This document shows positions 36,680 through 46,162 of a DNA stretch of 55,325 nt, piece by piece (position 1 is the stretch's first letter; every line of letters starts with the position of its first letter). Source of the DNA: an uncultured Spirochaetales bacterium (GTDB lineage: Bacteria; Spirochaetota; Spirochaetia; DTKZ01); contig CALKLC010000146.1 of the NCBI GenBank assembly GCA_937991975.1, forward strand, positions 1 to 55,325, given 5' to 3'. Below the pieces are notes generated by a model. It was not told the origin of the DNA and searched no databases. It was given only the letters and a program-made list of their open reading frames with translations. Both the position numbers and the translations under genes were made by a program.

Positions 36680-38185
36680 CTATGGGTGTTTTTGAAATTC
36701 AATTTCGAATCTCGTTCCTTTCTGGTGAGAAACGCGTAAGGAACCTCCAAGCTGATCCACCAGAATGCGTATAAGTTGTAGACCAAAGCTGGAAGGATCT
36801 TGCAGATGGAGAGATTCTGGAATCCCGATGCCGTCATCTTCCACAATAAGGGATACGCTCCCTATTTGTTTCTGCCCGTGATGCAGGGATCTATCTTGTT
36901 CGACACCCTTTTGCGTATGGCCTTTTTCATTCCTTTCTGTTTGCCCTCCATCTTTGATCTCGTGGGCAGACACACGAATTCGACCTTCACTCTTTCCGAT
37001 AAACGCGTACTTCAGGGCATTGGTGACGAGTTCGTTCACGATGATTCCCAGATAGGTGAGCTGTTTTACCGGAAGCACGATGTCCTCTACATCGATTTCG
37101 AGCGAGATAGGAACCTTTCTGGGAAATGAATCCATCAGTTCTCTCACTAATCTGGGTAAGTATTGTTTTAGGGATAGATGCTGGATCTGCTGGGTTCTAT
37201 ACAGTCTATCGTATAGAATGCCGAGACTTCTCAACCTGCTTTTAGCTTCCTCCAGCGTATCGATTACGTAGGGATCCTCTGATGCCTGTGCCTGCAGGGT
37301 CAACAGGCTTTCAACAGTTTGCATGTGGTTCTTGATTCGATGGTGAACCTCCCTCAGAAGGAGTTCCTTTTCCCGCAGAAGGGAATGGATTTTTTGTTCT
37401 GCTTCTATGCGGGGAGTGATATCCCGGGCTACAAGTATATGCTTCCATGCTCCCTGGATGCGTATGCAGTTCAATGTTAGCTCCACAGGAAACAGGGTGC
37501 CATCCTTTTTTTTATGCCATTGTAAGGGAACGAAGGTGTGTCTGCTTCTCAGTATTTGTAGGGAGAATTCAGGGTCAGTACCTAGCGTAGGGAATTCTTT
37601 ACCAAGCAACTCATCCCTCGCGTATCCGTACAGTTTTAGAGATCCTGAATTGGTATCCTCTATCTGTGCAGTCTCTTCGTCTATGAGAAGAACTGCATCA
37701 GAGATTTCTTCAAAGAGCGTTTTATATTTTCTTAGGTTTTCGCATGCTTCCTGTTCTAACCTTTTTCGATCCGTTATGTCCTGCGTTATTCCGATCCGAT
37801 GCGTGATCCTTCCTTCTGAGTCGAACAATCCCCGGCCAATGATCCGCAGCCATCGGTGATTCCCTCTTAAAGTAAGAGTTTCGACCTCGATATCGAAGGG
37901 TATGCCCTTTTCCACCAACTCCCTGATGGCATTAAGATGTAAGTGTCTATAGGAGGGGAGCTCGAGTGCAAGGATTTTTTCCAATTGCAAGGGAACGAAG
38001 GAGTCCATCTCGTAGATAACGAATAACTCTTTAGTCCAGGTATGCGTAGTTGTTTTAGTATCGACATTCCAGGCACCGATCCTGGCCATTTCTCCCATTT
38101 TCTCTAATAAATGAAAGGAATCTATAAGATCTTGGAACGCTAATAAAGGGGGTTGATTCGAAGGGACAAAATTTTCTATTTCCAT
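36680..38185 (-). CDS. PAS-domain sensor histidine kinase (HisKA_2/HWE-type), orphan
   Basis: 501 aa. Two PAS-like segments, the phosphoacceptor EVHHRIKNHMQTVESLL, and HATPase_c (NELVTNALKYAF, DDGIGIP, GLQLI). No response regulator adjacent. Confidence 0.85.
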   Translation of the reverse strand: MEIENFVPSNQPPLLAFQDLIDSFHLLEKMGEMARIGAWNVDTKTTTHTWTKELFVIYEMDSFVPLQLEKILALELPSYRHLHLNAIRELVEKGIPFDIEVETLTLRGNHRWLRIIGRGLFDSEGRITHRIGITQDITDRKRLEQEACENLRKYKTLFEEISDAVLLIDEETAQIEDTNSGSLKLYGYARDELLGKEFPTLGTDPEFSLQILRSRHTFVPLQWHKKKDGTLFPVELTLNCIRIQGAWKHILVARDITPRIEAEQKIHSLLREKELLLREVHHRIKNHMQTVESLLTLQAQASEDPYVIDTLEEAKSRLRSLGILYDRLYRTQQIQHLSLKQYLPRLVRELMDSFPRKVPISLEIDVEDIVLPVKQLTYLGIIVNELVTNALKYAFIGKSEGRIRVSAHEIKDGGQTERNEKGHTQKGVEQDRSLHHGQKQIGSVSLIVEDDGIGIPESLHLQDPSSFGLQLIRILVDQLGGSLRVSHQKGTRFEIEFQKHP

Positions 38186-38599
38186 GGACTATATTTATAT
38201 ATTTACTTATTTTAAATATTTTACTTTATTTAACATTTTAAATTGTTATTCCACTTTTTGTCAAGAAAAAATTTTTTAAAAGTGTATGAGGCCCTGTGAA
38301 GGGTAAAAAAGTGGATGGCGAAGGAGGAGAGCCGTCAGCTGAACCACTGTTCGCTGCCCCTCACACTGTGGGGTCGGCTCAAAGAGTAGGACGAACTCGG
38401 CGGTGTTCCACCTTACCCTGTACGAACGGTTGCAGAGGAATGGCATCCTGCGGGAAGGCTCTGGGGTACAAACAGATAAGGGCACAGAGTCCCTTCGTGT
38501 AACAGTCGAAAGGGGACGGTGTTCACACAGGGGGATGTAATCCTCTACATTGACAAAGAGAAATTCATTCTTTATAGTGAAATCCCGAATTGCCAAACT

Positions 38600-38684
38600 G
38601 GAGAGGTGTCCGAGTGGTCGAAGGAGGCGGTCTTGAAAACCGTTGAGCCGCAAGGCTCCGTGGGTTCGAATCCCACCTTCTCCG
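38600..38684 (+). tRNA. tRNA-Ser (anticodon UGA)
   Basis: Hand fold: acceptor GGAGAGG/CTTCTCC, anticodon loop CTTGAAA, long variable arm, T-loop GGTTCGAATCC. Confidence 0.9.
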
Positions 38685-38698
38685 AGGTATTGGACATT

Positions 38699-38786
<88 letters not shown>

Positions 38787-38789
38787 GAT

Positions 38790-38863
38790 GTGCCCATAGC
38801 TCAGCTGGATAGAGTATCAGATTGCGGATCTGATGGTCGGAGGTTCGAATCCTCTTGGGCACG
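38790..38863 (+). tRNA. tRNA-Arg (anticodon GCG)
   Basis: Hand fold: acceptor GTGCCCA/TGGGCAC, D-arm GCTCAGCTGGATAGAGT, anticodon stem TCAGA/TCTGA with loop TTGCGGA (34-36 = GCG), T-loop GGTTCGAATCC. Confidence 0.85.
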
Positions 38864-38869
38864 TGAACT

Positions 38870-38958
38870 GGAGAGATGCGAGAGCGGTCGAATCGGGCGG
38901 ACTCGAAATCCGTTGTACCGCGCAAGCGGTACCGAGGGTTCGAATCCCTCTCTCTCCG
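38870..38958 (+). tRNA. tRNA-Ser (anticodon CGA)
   Basis: Hand fold: acceptor GGAGAGA, anticodon loop CTCGAAA, long variable arm, T-loop GGTTCGAATCC. Confidence 0.9.
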
Positions 38959-39245
38959 TTCCTCTCGCAGCTCCAGTGGGTGCGAAAGCATACCGCTGGG
39001 GTATCCTGTTTATGTGAACGCGCATCACCTGGTTGTCCAGTGGATGTGAAACGGACGCCGAAGTGTAAAGGCACGCTGCCGGATTGTCCAGTTTATGCGA
39101 ACGTGCGCCGTAGCGTAAACGTAGGGTATGCAATAGGTGAAGCGTTTTGTGGGTTTACAATATGCGCACGCTGCTGCGTAAACCCAAGGTTGCGGTAGGG
39201 GTGTATGGTGGGTTTTTGATAAATGCATCTGGGAACGCTCGAATT

Positions 39246-39333
39246 GGAGAGATGTCCGAGAGGCCGAAGGAGCACGCTTGGAAAGTGTGTGTACCCTAAC
39301 CGGGTACCGAGGGTTCGAATCCCTCTCTCTCCG
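39246..39333 (+). tRNA. tRNA-Ser (anticodon GGA)
   Basis: Hand fold: acceptor GGAGAGA, anticodon loop TTGGAAA, long variable arm. The 3' half is identical to tRNA-Ser(CGA). Confidence 0.9.
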
Positions 39334-39338
39334 GATTA

Positions 39339-39461
39339 CCCCTTTAGTACTTAGGTTAGGTTCCGTGCAATCTGCTGTCACCCAACCCCGTCAGGCCCGG
39401 AAGGGAGCAGCGGTAAGTGATCAGGGATGTGCCACGGGGTACTTAACCGGTGCTAAGGGGG
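39339..39461 (+). ncRNA. ffs: Signal recognition particle RNA (small, 4.5S-type)
   Basis: Contains GTCAGGCCCGGAAGGGAGCAGC, the conserved domain IV with a GGAA tetraloop. The flanks pair (CCCCTTTAGTAC... with ...GTGCTAAGGGG) into one long hairpin, followed by GTTTTT. Classic position upstream of dnaX-ybaB-recR. Ends approximate. Confidence 0.75.
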
Positions 39462-39477
39462 TTTTTAACAGGCAATC

Positions 39478-41343
39478 ATGTCGTATGAAGTAACTGCCAA
39501 CAGGAAGCGTCCTTCTAATTTCGAATCCCTCGTTGGACAAGAGTTTGTCGTAACCACCCTTAAGAACTCCCTTTCTCAGGGACGGATCGCCCATGCATAT
39601 TTGTTCGCCGGGCCTCGGGGGGTAGGAAAAACCTCTGCTGCCCGCATCCTGGCCAAGGCCCTGAACTGTGAGAAGGGACCTACTCCCACTCCATGCGGAG
39701 TGTGCACCAACTGCAGGGAGATTTCTGCCGGCTCTGCCCTCGATGTAATAGAGATCGATGGAGCCTCCAACACCTCGGTGAACGATGTGCGGGAGATCAA
39801 GGATGAAGTTCTCTTTGCTCCCGCCTCGGGCCGATACAAAGTGTACATCATCGACGAAGTACACATGCTGTCCAACAGCGCGTTCAACGCCCTGCTGAAG
39901 ACGATCGAAGAACCTCCTCCCTACATTGTTTTTATCTTCGCAACTACCGAGATACACAAGGTTCCGCCAACTATACGCTCTCGCTGCCAGCAGTTCAATT
40001 TCCGGCTGATCCCCCTGGAAACTATTCTGGAAAGGCTTCGGGAAGCGGCGGCAGACCTGGGGATCCAGGCAGAGGAAGCAGCCCTCCTCTGGATCGCAAA
40101 GGAATCGACTGGTTCCCTGCGGGACGCATACACAATCTTCGATCAAGTAGTTTCGTTTGCGGATGGTCATCTGACCCTGAAAAAGATCCAGGACAAGCTC
40201 GGCCTTACTGGGTTCGATCGAATCAACACCCTGGTAGCGCTCCTTTCCGCTGGTAAGGGAAACGAGGCTTTAAACCTCTTTGACGAGGTAATGAGTAGTG
40301 GTGTGGCTGTGGAACAGTTCGTGATCGAGCTGACCGACTTTTACCGATCCCTTCTATTCCTGAAGCTGGGAATCCATAAGCCCGCCCTTTTGGGGTATAC
40401 GGAGGAACGATTTTCGGCTGAGGTTCTTCAGGATTTATCGGTCAGGCAGATCGAAAAAGCGTTGAGTCTTCTCCTGGAGCTGTACCGGAACCTCCGCTAC
40501 TCGATCAACGGCCGGTTCGAAGTGGAGTTGGTGTTAAGCCGGTTGGCGGACCTTCGGAACTACCTATCACGGGAGGAACTCCTGGAACGGATCCAGGAAT
40601 TGCGTAAGGAACTCCGGTATGCTCCAGACCGGCCTGGAGCAGGAACAAGGAAAGAACAATCGGGTGCAGAACAGAAGGGAGCAGATCAGAAAGGCGCAAC
40701 CGTCTCCTTTCTTTCGGATGAAGGGCTGCGGGAGACTGAGGGGTGGCAGGAGAAGGGAAAACAAAAAGACACCCCTTCATCGGGCAAAAGGGCCCCTGAA
40801 TCCCTCCCCAAGGATGAGAGTTCCCCTGAAGGGATGTCTCAAGCTGAACCAGCCGAAGCATTCAGCCAGGAAGTTGTATCGACCCCGGATTGGCAGGAAG
40901 AGGAGGATCAGCCAGAGCAAAGGATCTCCCAGATTGGGATCGCAAAGATAAGGGAAACCTCTAGAGAAAAAGGAGAACTGGAACCTTCCCAGCGGCAGGG
41001 AATCATCGCGAGCCTGAAGCGAAAGAAACTAACTTTGAGCTCTACGCTTGAAAAGGCAGAGACCTGGCGATGGCAGGAGAATTCCCTTATTATTGTATTC
41101 AGAAACAAGTTTTCCGCTGATCTGGTGCAGGCCGATCTTGCCCTGGTTACCCAGAAGGTGAGGGAAGTCCTGGGCCAGGAGGTAGAGGTAATGGTTCGCT
41201 TCGAACCGTCCCGAGCCGAGCAGGAGGGAGGAGTTGGTAACAGGTTAAATGAAGGGTCGCCTGGGGTTGCACCGTCGGAGGGTGGAAAAGGGGACCGTAT
41301 CGAAATCGCGCGGAAAGTATTCCGGGGGGAAATCATACAATGA
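39478..41343 (+). CDS. dnaX: DNA polymerase III subunit gamma/tau
   Basis: 621 aa. FESLVGQEFV, AYLFAGPRGVGKTS, the zinc module CGVCTNCREI, VYIIDEVHML, SRCQQF. Low-complexity acidic central region. Confidence 0.93.
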   Translation: MSYEVTANRKRPSNFESLVGQEFVVTTLKNSLSQGRIAHAYLFAGPRGVGKTSAARILAKALNCEKGPTPTPCGVCTNCREISAGSALDVIEIDGASNTSVNDVREIKDEVLFAPASGRYKVYIIDEVHMLSNSAFNALLKTIEEPPPYIVFIFATTEIHKVPPTIRSRCQQFNFRLIPLETILERLREAAADLGIQAEEAALLWIAKESTGSLRDAYTIFDQVVSFADGHLTLKKIQDKLGLTGFDRINTLVALLSAGKGNEALNLFDEVMSSGVAVEQFVIELTDFYRSLLFLKLGIHKPALLGYTEERFSAEVLQDLSVRQIEKALSLLLELYRNLRYSINGRFEVELVLSRLADLRNYLSREELLERIQELRKELRYAPDRPGAGTRKEQSGAEQKGADQKGATVSFLSDEGLRETEGWQEKGKQKDTPSSGKRAPESLPKDESSPEGMSQAEPAEAFSQEVVSTPDWQEEEDQPEQRISQIGIAKIRETSREKGELEPSQRQGIIASLKRKKLTLSSTLEKAETWRWQENSLIIVFRNKFSADLVQADLALVTQKVREVLGQEVEVMVRFEPSRAEQEGGVGNRLNEGSPGVAPSEGGKGDRIEIARKVFRGEIIQ

Positions 41344-41657
41344 ACATCAATCCGTTCGAACTGATGAAGAACTTCCAGAGCCTCCAGACGAAGCTGAACG
41401 AAACGCAGGAAAAATTGAAAAGCGTGAAAGTGGTGGGAAGTGCCGGAGGAGACCTGGTGCAGGTAGAAATGAACGGTCGGTTCGAGGTCCTTTCGGTACG
41501 GATCTCCCCTGAAGCGGTAGATCCTGCGGATATTCGTATGCTGGAAGATCTAACGAAAGCCGCTATTTCCGACGCACTGGTCAAGCTCAAAGATGCCATC
41601 CGGCTGGAAATGTCAGACCTCACCGGCGGCATCCCTCCGGGATTTTTCGGCGTATAG
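41340..41657 (+). CDS. ybaB: Nucleoid-associated protein YbaB/EbfC
   Basis: 105 aa. ATGA overlap with dnaX. MKNFQSLQTKLNETQEKL...GSAGGDLVQVEMNG... Confidence 0.9.
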   Translation: MNINPFELMKNFQSLQTKLNETQEKLKSVKVVGSAGGDLVQVEMNGRFEVLSVRISPEAVDPADIRMLEDLTKAAISDALVKLKDAIRLEMSDLTGGIPPGFFGV

Positions 41658-41673
41658 AGGAAAAACTTATTTC

Positions 41674-42270
41674 ATGAAAGCACTGGATGAATTGATTGCC
41701 CACCTTGCGAAACTACCCGGACTGGGGAAGAAGAGTGCTTCCCGCATCGCCTACTATCTTTTGAAGGCAGATCCTCAGTACGTGCAGAACCTGGCAAAGC
41801 AGCTCATCCATGTGCGAGAACGAATCCATCCCTGCAAGGAATGCGGCTCCTATACGGAGGAGGATCTCTGCTCCCTCTGTACCGATCCCACACGGGACAG
41901 GTCTCTAATCTGTGTGGTGGAGCAGCCGCCGGATGTAGAGGTGATCGAATCGCTTCGGGAGTACCGGGGACTGTACCACGTTCTGATGGGGGTCTTATCT
42001 CCCCTAGAGGGGGTGGGTCCTTCGGAACTGCGGATCTCGAAGCTTATGGAGAGGTTACGCTCTTTGCCGGTGAAAGAGGTGATCATTGCCACGAATCCCA
42101 CTCTGGAGGGAGACACCACAGCTCTCTATCTGGTTCAACTGATCGAACCCCTCGGGATCCGAACCTCCCGGCTGGCTCTCGGCCTGCCCGTGGGCGGAGA
42201 CCTGGAGTATGCGGATCGATTGACCCTGGCCCGGGCTTTGCGCGGCCGCACTCCCCTTTCCAGAAACTGA
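41674..42270 (+). CDS. recR: Recombination protein RecR
   Basis: Part of ORF 41593..42270. ATG at 41674 (MKALDELIAHLAKLPGLGKKSASRIAYYL). C4 zinc finger CKECGSYTEEDLCSLC, then a Toprim region. Confidence 0.93.
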   Translation: MKALDELIAHLAKLPGLGKKSASRIAYYLLKADPQYVQNLAKQLIHVRERIHPCKECGSYTEEDLCSLCTDPTRDRSLICVVEQPPDVEVIESLREYRGLYHVLMGVLSPLEGVGPSELRISKLMERLRSLPVKEVIIATNPTLEGDTTALYLVQLIEPLGIRTSRLALGLPVGGDLEYADRLTLARALRGRTPLSRN

Positions 42271-42315
42271 CAGGAAGAAACATGTTATGATGAAGGGTTG
42301 GAAAAGGAGGGAATC

Positions 42316-43236
42316 ATGTCCATCAAGTATCGCCTGCTTACCAGGAGTGATTTCGATGGGCTGGTGTGCGCCATGCTCTTCAAAGAGCTGGATCTGATCG
42401 AAGAAATCCTCTTTGTCCATCCCAGTGACATGCAGACGGGAAAAGTACAGGTTCGCCCTACGGACATTACGACGAACCTTCCCTATGTGGAGGGAGTGTA
42501 CCTTGCCTTTGATCATCATGCGAGCGAAGCGATCCGGGAACGTCCTCACCAGAACTATATCATTGTGCCTGCTGCTTTCTCCGCTGCCCATGTGGTGTAC
42601 GATTACTACGGAGGTCCCCGTGCTTTTCCTCCCCGGTACGAGGAGATCGTTCTGGAAGCAGACAAGATCGATGCGGCCCGCTTGACCAAGGAGGAAGTAC
42701 TTCACCCAACCGGATGGATCCTGCTGGGGTTCCTGACAGACAGTCGTACCGGACTGGGAAGGTTCAAGAACTTCCGGATTTCCAACTACCAGTTGATGAT
42801 GGATCTTATCGAAGCATGCAGGATCTATTCGATCGAAGAAGTTCTATCGTTTCCCGATGTGCAGGAACGGGTGGCCCTGTACCGGGAACAGGAAGCCTTG
42901 TACCGGGAGCAGCTCAGGCACACCAGCCGGGTGGACGGAACTGTGCTGGTGACGGATCTACGGAAGGAACCCGTCATCTACGTGGGAAACCGTTTCCTCC
43001 GGTATGCCCTGTATCCTGATACCAACCTATCCCTCCAGGTGATGTGGGGACTGAACCGGCAGAATACAGTGATCAGTCTGGGTAAGTCGATTTTCAATCG
43101 AACCTCGCCTGTTCATGTGGGAGCCCTTCTCCTTCGGTACGGAGGCGGGGGGCACGAGAACGCAGGAACCTGCCAGGTCCCCAACGACGATGCAGACCGG
43201 ATCGTGGAAGAGATCCTGGAAACAATAAAGGGATAG
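42316..43236 (+). CDS. DHH/DHHA1 superfamily phosphoesterase (NrnB / exopolyphosphatase-related)
   Basis: ATG at 42316 after AAGGAGGG. SDFDGLVCA, AFDHH (DHH motif), and C-terminal GGGGHENAGT (DHHA1 GGGH motif). Confidence 0.7.
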   Translation: MSIKYRLLTRSDFDGLVCAMLFKELDLIEEILFVHPSDMQTGKVQVRPTDITTNLPYVEGVYLAFDHHASEAIRERPHQNYIIVPAAFSAAHVVYDYYGGPRAFPPRYEEIVLEADKIDAARLTKEEVLHPTGWILLGFLTDSRTGLGRFKNFRISNYQLMMDLIEACRIYSIEEVLSFPDVQERVALYREQEALYREQLRHTSRVDGTVLVTDLRKEPVIYVGNRFLRYALYPDTNLSLQVMWGLNRQNTVISLGKSIFNRTSPVHVGALLLRYGGGGHENAGTCQVPNDDADRIVEEILETIKG

Positions 43237-43346
43237 CAGGTGCTGGCCGAGGAGCATGGCCCATGAACGCGTTATATCAAGATAGTTCCCACATATCTCG
43301 CCCTTGACACAGGGAGGCAGAATCCGTATCTTTCCCTCATCTTGCA

Positions 43347-44939
43347 ATGAATCCCATACAGAAAGAAATCGAAAGGCGGCTGACCTTCGCCATTATCAGC
43401 CATCCCGATGCGGGAAAGACTACCATCACGGAAAAACTTCTTCTCTTCGGAGGAGCCATTCATACGGCAGGCGCGGTAAAATCGAAGAAGAATACCCGGA
43501 AAACGGTTTCCGACTTCATGCAGATGGAGCAGGAAAGGGGAATCTCCATCTCCACCTCGGTGATGGGGTTCGAGTACCGGGGTCGAAAGATCAACCTGCT
43601 GGACACTCCGGGGCACGAGGATTTTTCCGAAGATACTTACCGAACCCTCACCGTGGTAGACAGTGCCCTCATGGTGATCGATTCTGTAAAGGGTGTGGAG
43701 GATCGTACCCGAAAGCTATGTGAGATCTGCCGGATGCGGAAAACCCCGATCATTACCTTCATGAACAAGCTGGACCGGGAAGGCCGGGATCCGATGGAAC
43801 TCCTCGATCAGGTGGAGGAGGAATTGGGGATCACTGTATGCCCCATGAGCTGGCCCGTAGGACAGGGACGGGAGTTCAGGGGAGTGTATAGCCTGTATGA
43901 GAAACGGCTGATCCTTTTCGATCCCCACGGGACGCAGGAGGCGGATAGCTCTGTACAGATTACCGATCTGGCAGATCCTACCCTTGACGAAAAGGTGGGG
44001 AAGACGCTCGCCGATAAACTCAGGGAGGATGTTTCGCTTCTTCAGGAAGTATACCCGCCCTTTGACCGGAAAGCGTACCTGGAGGGGCTCCAGACCCCTG
44101 TGTTCTTCGGAAGTGCCCTCAACAATTTCGGGGTACGGGAACTCCTGGATTGTTTCGTGGATATTGCCCCTCCTCCGCTTCCCCGGCCCCTGGAAGGCGG
44201 GTCGTACGTATCTCCCTTTGCCGAAAAGTTTTCCGGACTGATCTTCAAGATCCACGCGAACCTGGATCCCCGTCATCGGGACCGAATTGCTTTCATGCGG
44301 GTTTGTTCGGGGGTGTTCGAACGGAACAAGACGTACTACCACGTGCGGAGCGGGAAAACCTTCAAGACTGCAAACCCTACTGCGTTCATGGCCCAGGACC
44401 GGTCTATCATCGATGAAGCCTATCCGGGAGACATCATTGGGATCCACGATACAGGAACTTTCAAGATCGGAGATGCCATCACGGAGGGAGAGATCCTCCG
44501 CTTTACCGGAATCCCCAGCTTCGCTCCCCAGATCTTCAGGACTGTGGTGAACCTGGATCCTCTCAAATCCAAACAGCTGGAAAAAGGGCTGGATCAGTTG
44601 ACGGAAGAAGGGGTGGTGCAGGTGTTCACCCGCCTCAACTCCAGTCAACGCCTCGTGGGAGTGGTGGGGCAACTCCAGTTCGATGTGCTGCAGTTCCGCC
44701 TCGAAACAGAGTACAAGGCCCAGTGCCGGTTCGAACCTACCGAGTACACCAGCGCCTGCTGGGTACACTGCGGTGATAAGACTCGGCTGGAAGAGTTCAT
44801 CCGGCGGCATGAAAACAAACTCTGCCGGGACAGGGAAGGCCGGCTCGTGTTCCTCGCTCGAAACCGATGGACCATCGAACGCACCTTTCAGGAAGAAAAG
44901 GGAATCCAGTACTACTTCACCTCGGATTACGAGTCTTAA
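43347..44939 (+). CDS. prfC: Peptide chain release factor 3
   Basis: 530 aa. RRLTFAIISHPDAGKTTITEKLLLFGG, LLDTPGHEDF, FMNKLDR. Confidence 0.95.
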   Translation: MNPIQKEIERRLTFAIISHPDAGKTTITEKLLLFGGAIHTAGAVKSKKNTRKTVSDFMQMEQERGISISTSVMGFEYRGRKINLLDTPGHEDFSEDTYRTLTVVDSALMVIDSVKGVEDRTRKLCEICRMRKTPIITFMNKLDREGRDPMELLDQVEEELGITVCPMSWPVGQGREFRGVYSLYEKRLILFDPHGTQEADSSVQITDLADPTLDEKVGKTLADKLREDVSLLQEVYPPFDRKAYLEGLQTPVFFGSALNNFGVRELLDCFVDIAPPPLPRPLEGGSYVSPFAEKFSGLIFKIHANLDPRHRDRIAFMRVCSGVFERNKTYYHVRSGKTFKTANPTAFMAQDRSIIDEAYPGDIIGIHDTGTFKIGDAITEGEILRFTGIPSFAPQIFRTVVNLDPLKSKQLEKGLDQLTEEGVVQVFTRLNSSQRLVGVVGQLQFDVLQFRLETEYKAQCRFEPTEYTSACWVHCGDKTRLEEFIRRHENKLCRDREGRLVFLARNRWTIERTFQEEKGIQYYFTSDYES

Positions 44940-45090
44940 AGCCAGCCTCTTTGTGTTTTTCTGCGCACGAGGGATCATAGCGTTTTACACCGGCCGGGCT
45001 TTCTTTTTTCCTGCTCGGGCCTTCTGTTTTCCCATTCGGGGGTTTTCTCGGATCCAGGGATATTTTGCATTTACTCCCGGACGGGTCTTC

Positions 45091-46107
45091 TCAGTGCAGG
45101 AACAACAGCACTGTGCCTCCTACCGCCACAATGGCCCCGATGATTTCACGGATGCGTACCGGTTCGTGAAAGAGGAAATGGGAGGGCCCGATGATCAGTA
45201 CGGGTACTAAAGCCATGATGGTGGAAGCTACCCCTGTAGAGGTATGCTGGATCGCCAGAAGACTCAACGATACCCCCAGAAAAGGGCCGAAAAAGGATCC
45301 CAATAGGATGATCCGCATCGCTTTCTTATCACGGACAGCCGCTATGAGTTGGGGCACATGCTGAGTTGCTAGCACAACGGCAGTAAACCCCGCGATTCCG
45401 GCCAGGCAGCGGATCTGGGTGGCCGCGAAAGGATTGAAGGAAGGGGCCCCGTGCTTACTGAGGATAAGACCTCCAGCCTGTCCGAGGGCTCCCCCAAAGG
45501 CCAGCAGGACACCCCGTATGGGGTGGCGAAAGCGGGAGCGGGATGCAGGTAGACGAGAGATCTCCGGATGGATCTGGCGGGATGCAAGCGGCTTTGAGTT
45601 AGGATACGCCAGGGGAGGATCTGCGTAGCTTTCTTCAGGAGTATCCTCTTCAAGATTCTCCCGTTCCAGGATCACCAGGGCGATCCCTGTCAGGGTGATG
45701 ATCATTCCGATCAATCCCTGCATGCTGATCCGCTCATCCAGAAAGATCCAACCCAGCAGAGCAGAAAGGGGTGGAACGGCCGAGTAGATCAGCATAGAGA
45801 TCCGCCCTCCGATCTCGATAAAGGCCTGAAATAGGAGAATATCCCCGATTACAAAACCTACAAGACCGGAAGCCCCCAACCAGACCCAGAGGGAAGGGGG
45901 TGCGTCGAAGGGCAGGATCCTCCCCCGGGTGATCCAGGAAAAGAGGGTTAGAAAGAGAAACCCGAGGGTAAGCCGAAGGAGATTGAGGGACCGGGTTCCC
46001 ACTCGTTTTCCTGCGAACTCGAAACAGAGGACAGTGACGGTCCAGAAGATCGCGGTGGCTAAAGCGGCGAACTCTCCCAGACGAGGGCCAACAGGGGTGC
46101 TCAGCAT
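45091..46107 (-). CDS. EamA/DMT-family transporter
   Basis: 338 aa. Ten predicted hydrophobic helices in two EamA-like halves, separated by an unusually long hydrophilic linker. Confidence 0.8.
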   Translation of the reverse strand: MLSTPVGPRLGEFAALATAIFWTVTVLCFEFAGKRVGTRSLNLLRLTLGFLFLTLFSWITRGRILPFDAPPSLWVWLGASGLVGFVIGDILLFQAFIEIGGRISMLIYSAVPPLSALLGWIFLDERISMQGLIGMIITLTGIALVILERENLEEDTPEESYADPPLAYPNSKPLASRQIHPEISRLPASRSRFRHPIRGVLLAFGGALGQAGGLILSKHGAPSFNPFAATQIRCLAGIAGFTAVVLATQHVPQLIAAVRDKKAMRIILLGSFFGPFLGVSLSLLAIQHTSTGVASTIMALVPVLIIGPSHFLFHEPVRIREIIGAIVAVGGTVLLFLH

Positions 46108-46162
46108 GGGAAGACCATACCATAGACAAGGTTAGGTTGAAAACTACAGGAAAAAGGATACA

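Noticed and set aside
38283-38599. RNase P RNA or tmRNA in the gap upstream of the tRNA cluster
   Set aside because: The universally conserved GAGGAAAGTCCGGGC / ACAGAA..CGGCTTA (RNase P) motifs are absent, as are the tRNA-like GGGG...TTCGAC 5' end and the ...CCACCA-proximal T-arm of tmRNA. It is kept only as an unexplained region in the findings.
39478-41343. Programmed frameshift or slippage site for a gamma subunit in dnaX
   Set aside because: No A AAA AAG heptamer or long A-run was found in the gene. The only A5-type runs lack the required frame context.
43716-44978. 420-aa minus-strand ORF
   Set aside because: Entirely antisense to prfC, whose GTPase motifs are unambiguous. The same reasoning applies to 7688..8695 (antisense metK), 9803..10702 (antisense ahcY), 20446..21333 (antisense yidC), 23832..24716 (antisense recF/dnaN), 39421..40170 (antisense dnaX), 42055..42705, 45734..46696 and 48327..49094.
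44990-45090. T-rich degenerate 23-bp repeats (CGGGC-TTTCT-TTTCC-like) between convergent prfC and the DMT gene, as bidirectional terminators
   Set aside because: I could not draw a convincing GC stem with a loop for either strand (CCGGCCGG is self-complementary but has no loop). The pattern may just be low-complexity spacer.
46122-46135. Third IS-end-like sequence (ATAGACAAGGTTAG) in the DMT / cNMP-gene divergent spacer
   Set aside because: Only 12/14 identity to the TIR core. By rough estimate, about 0.3 such matches are expected by chance in a window this size, so it is not reliable.
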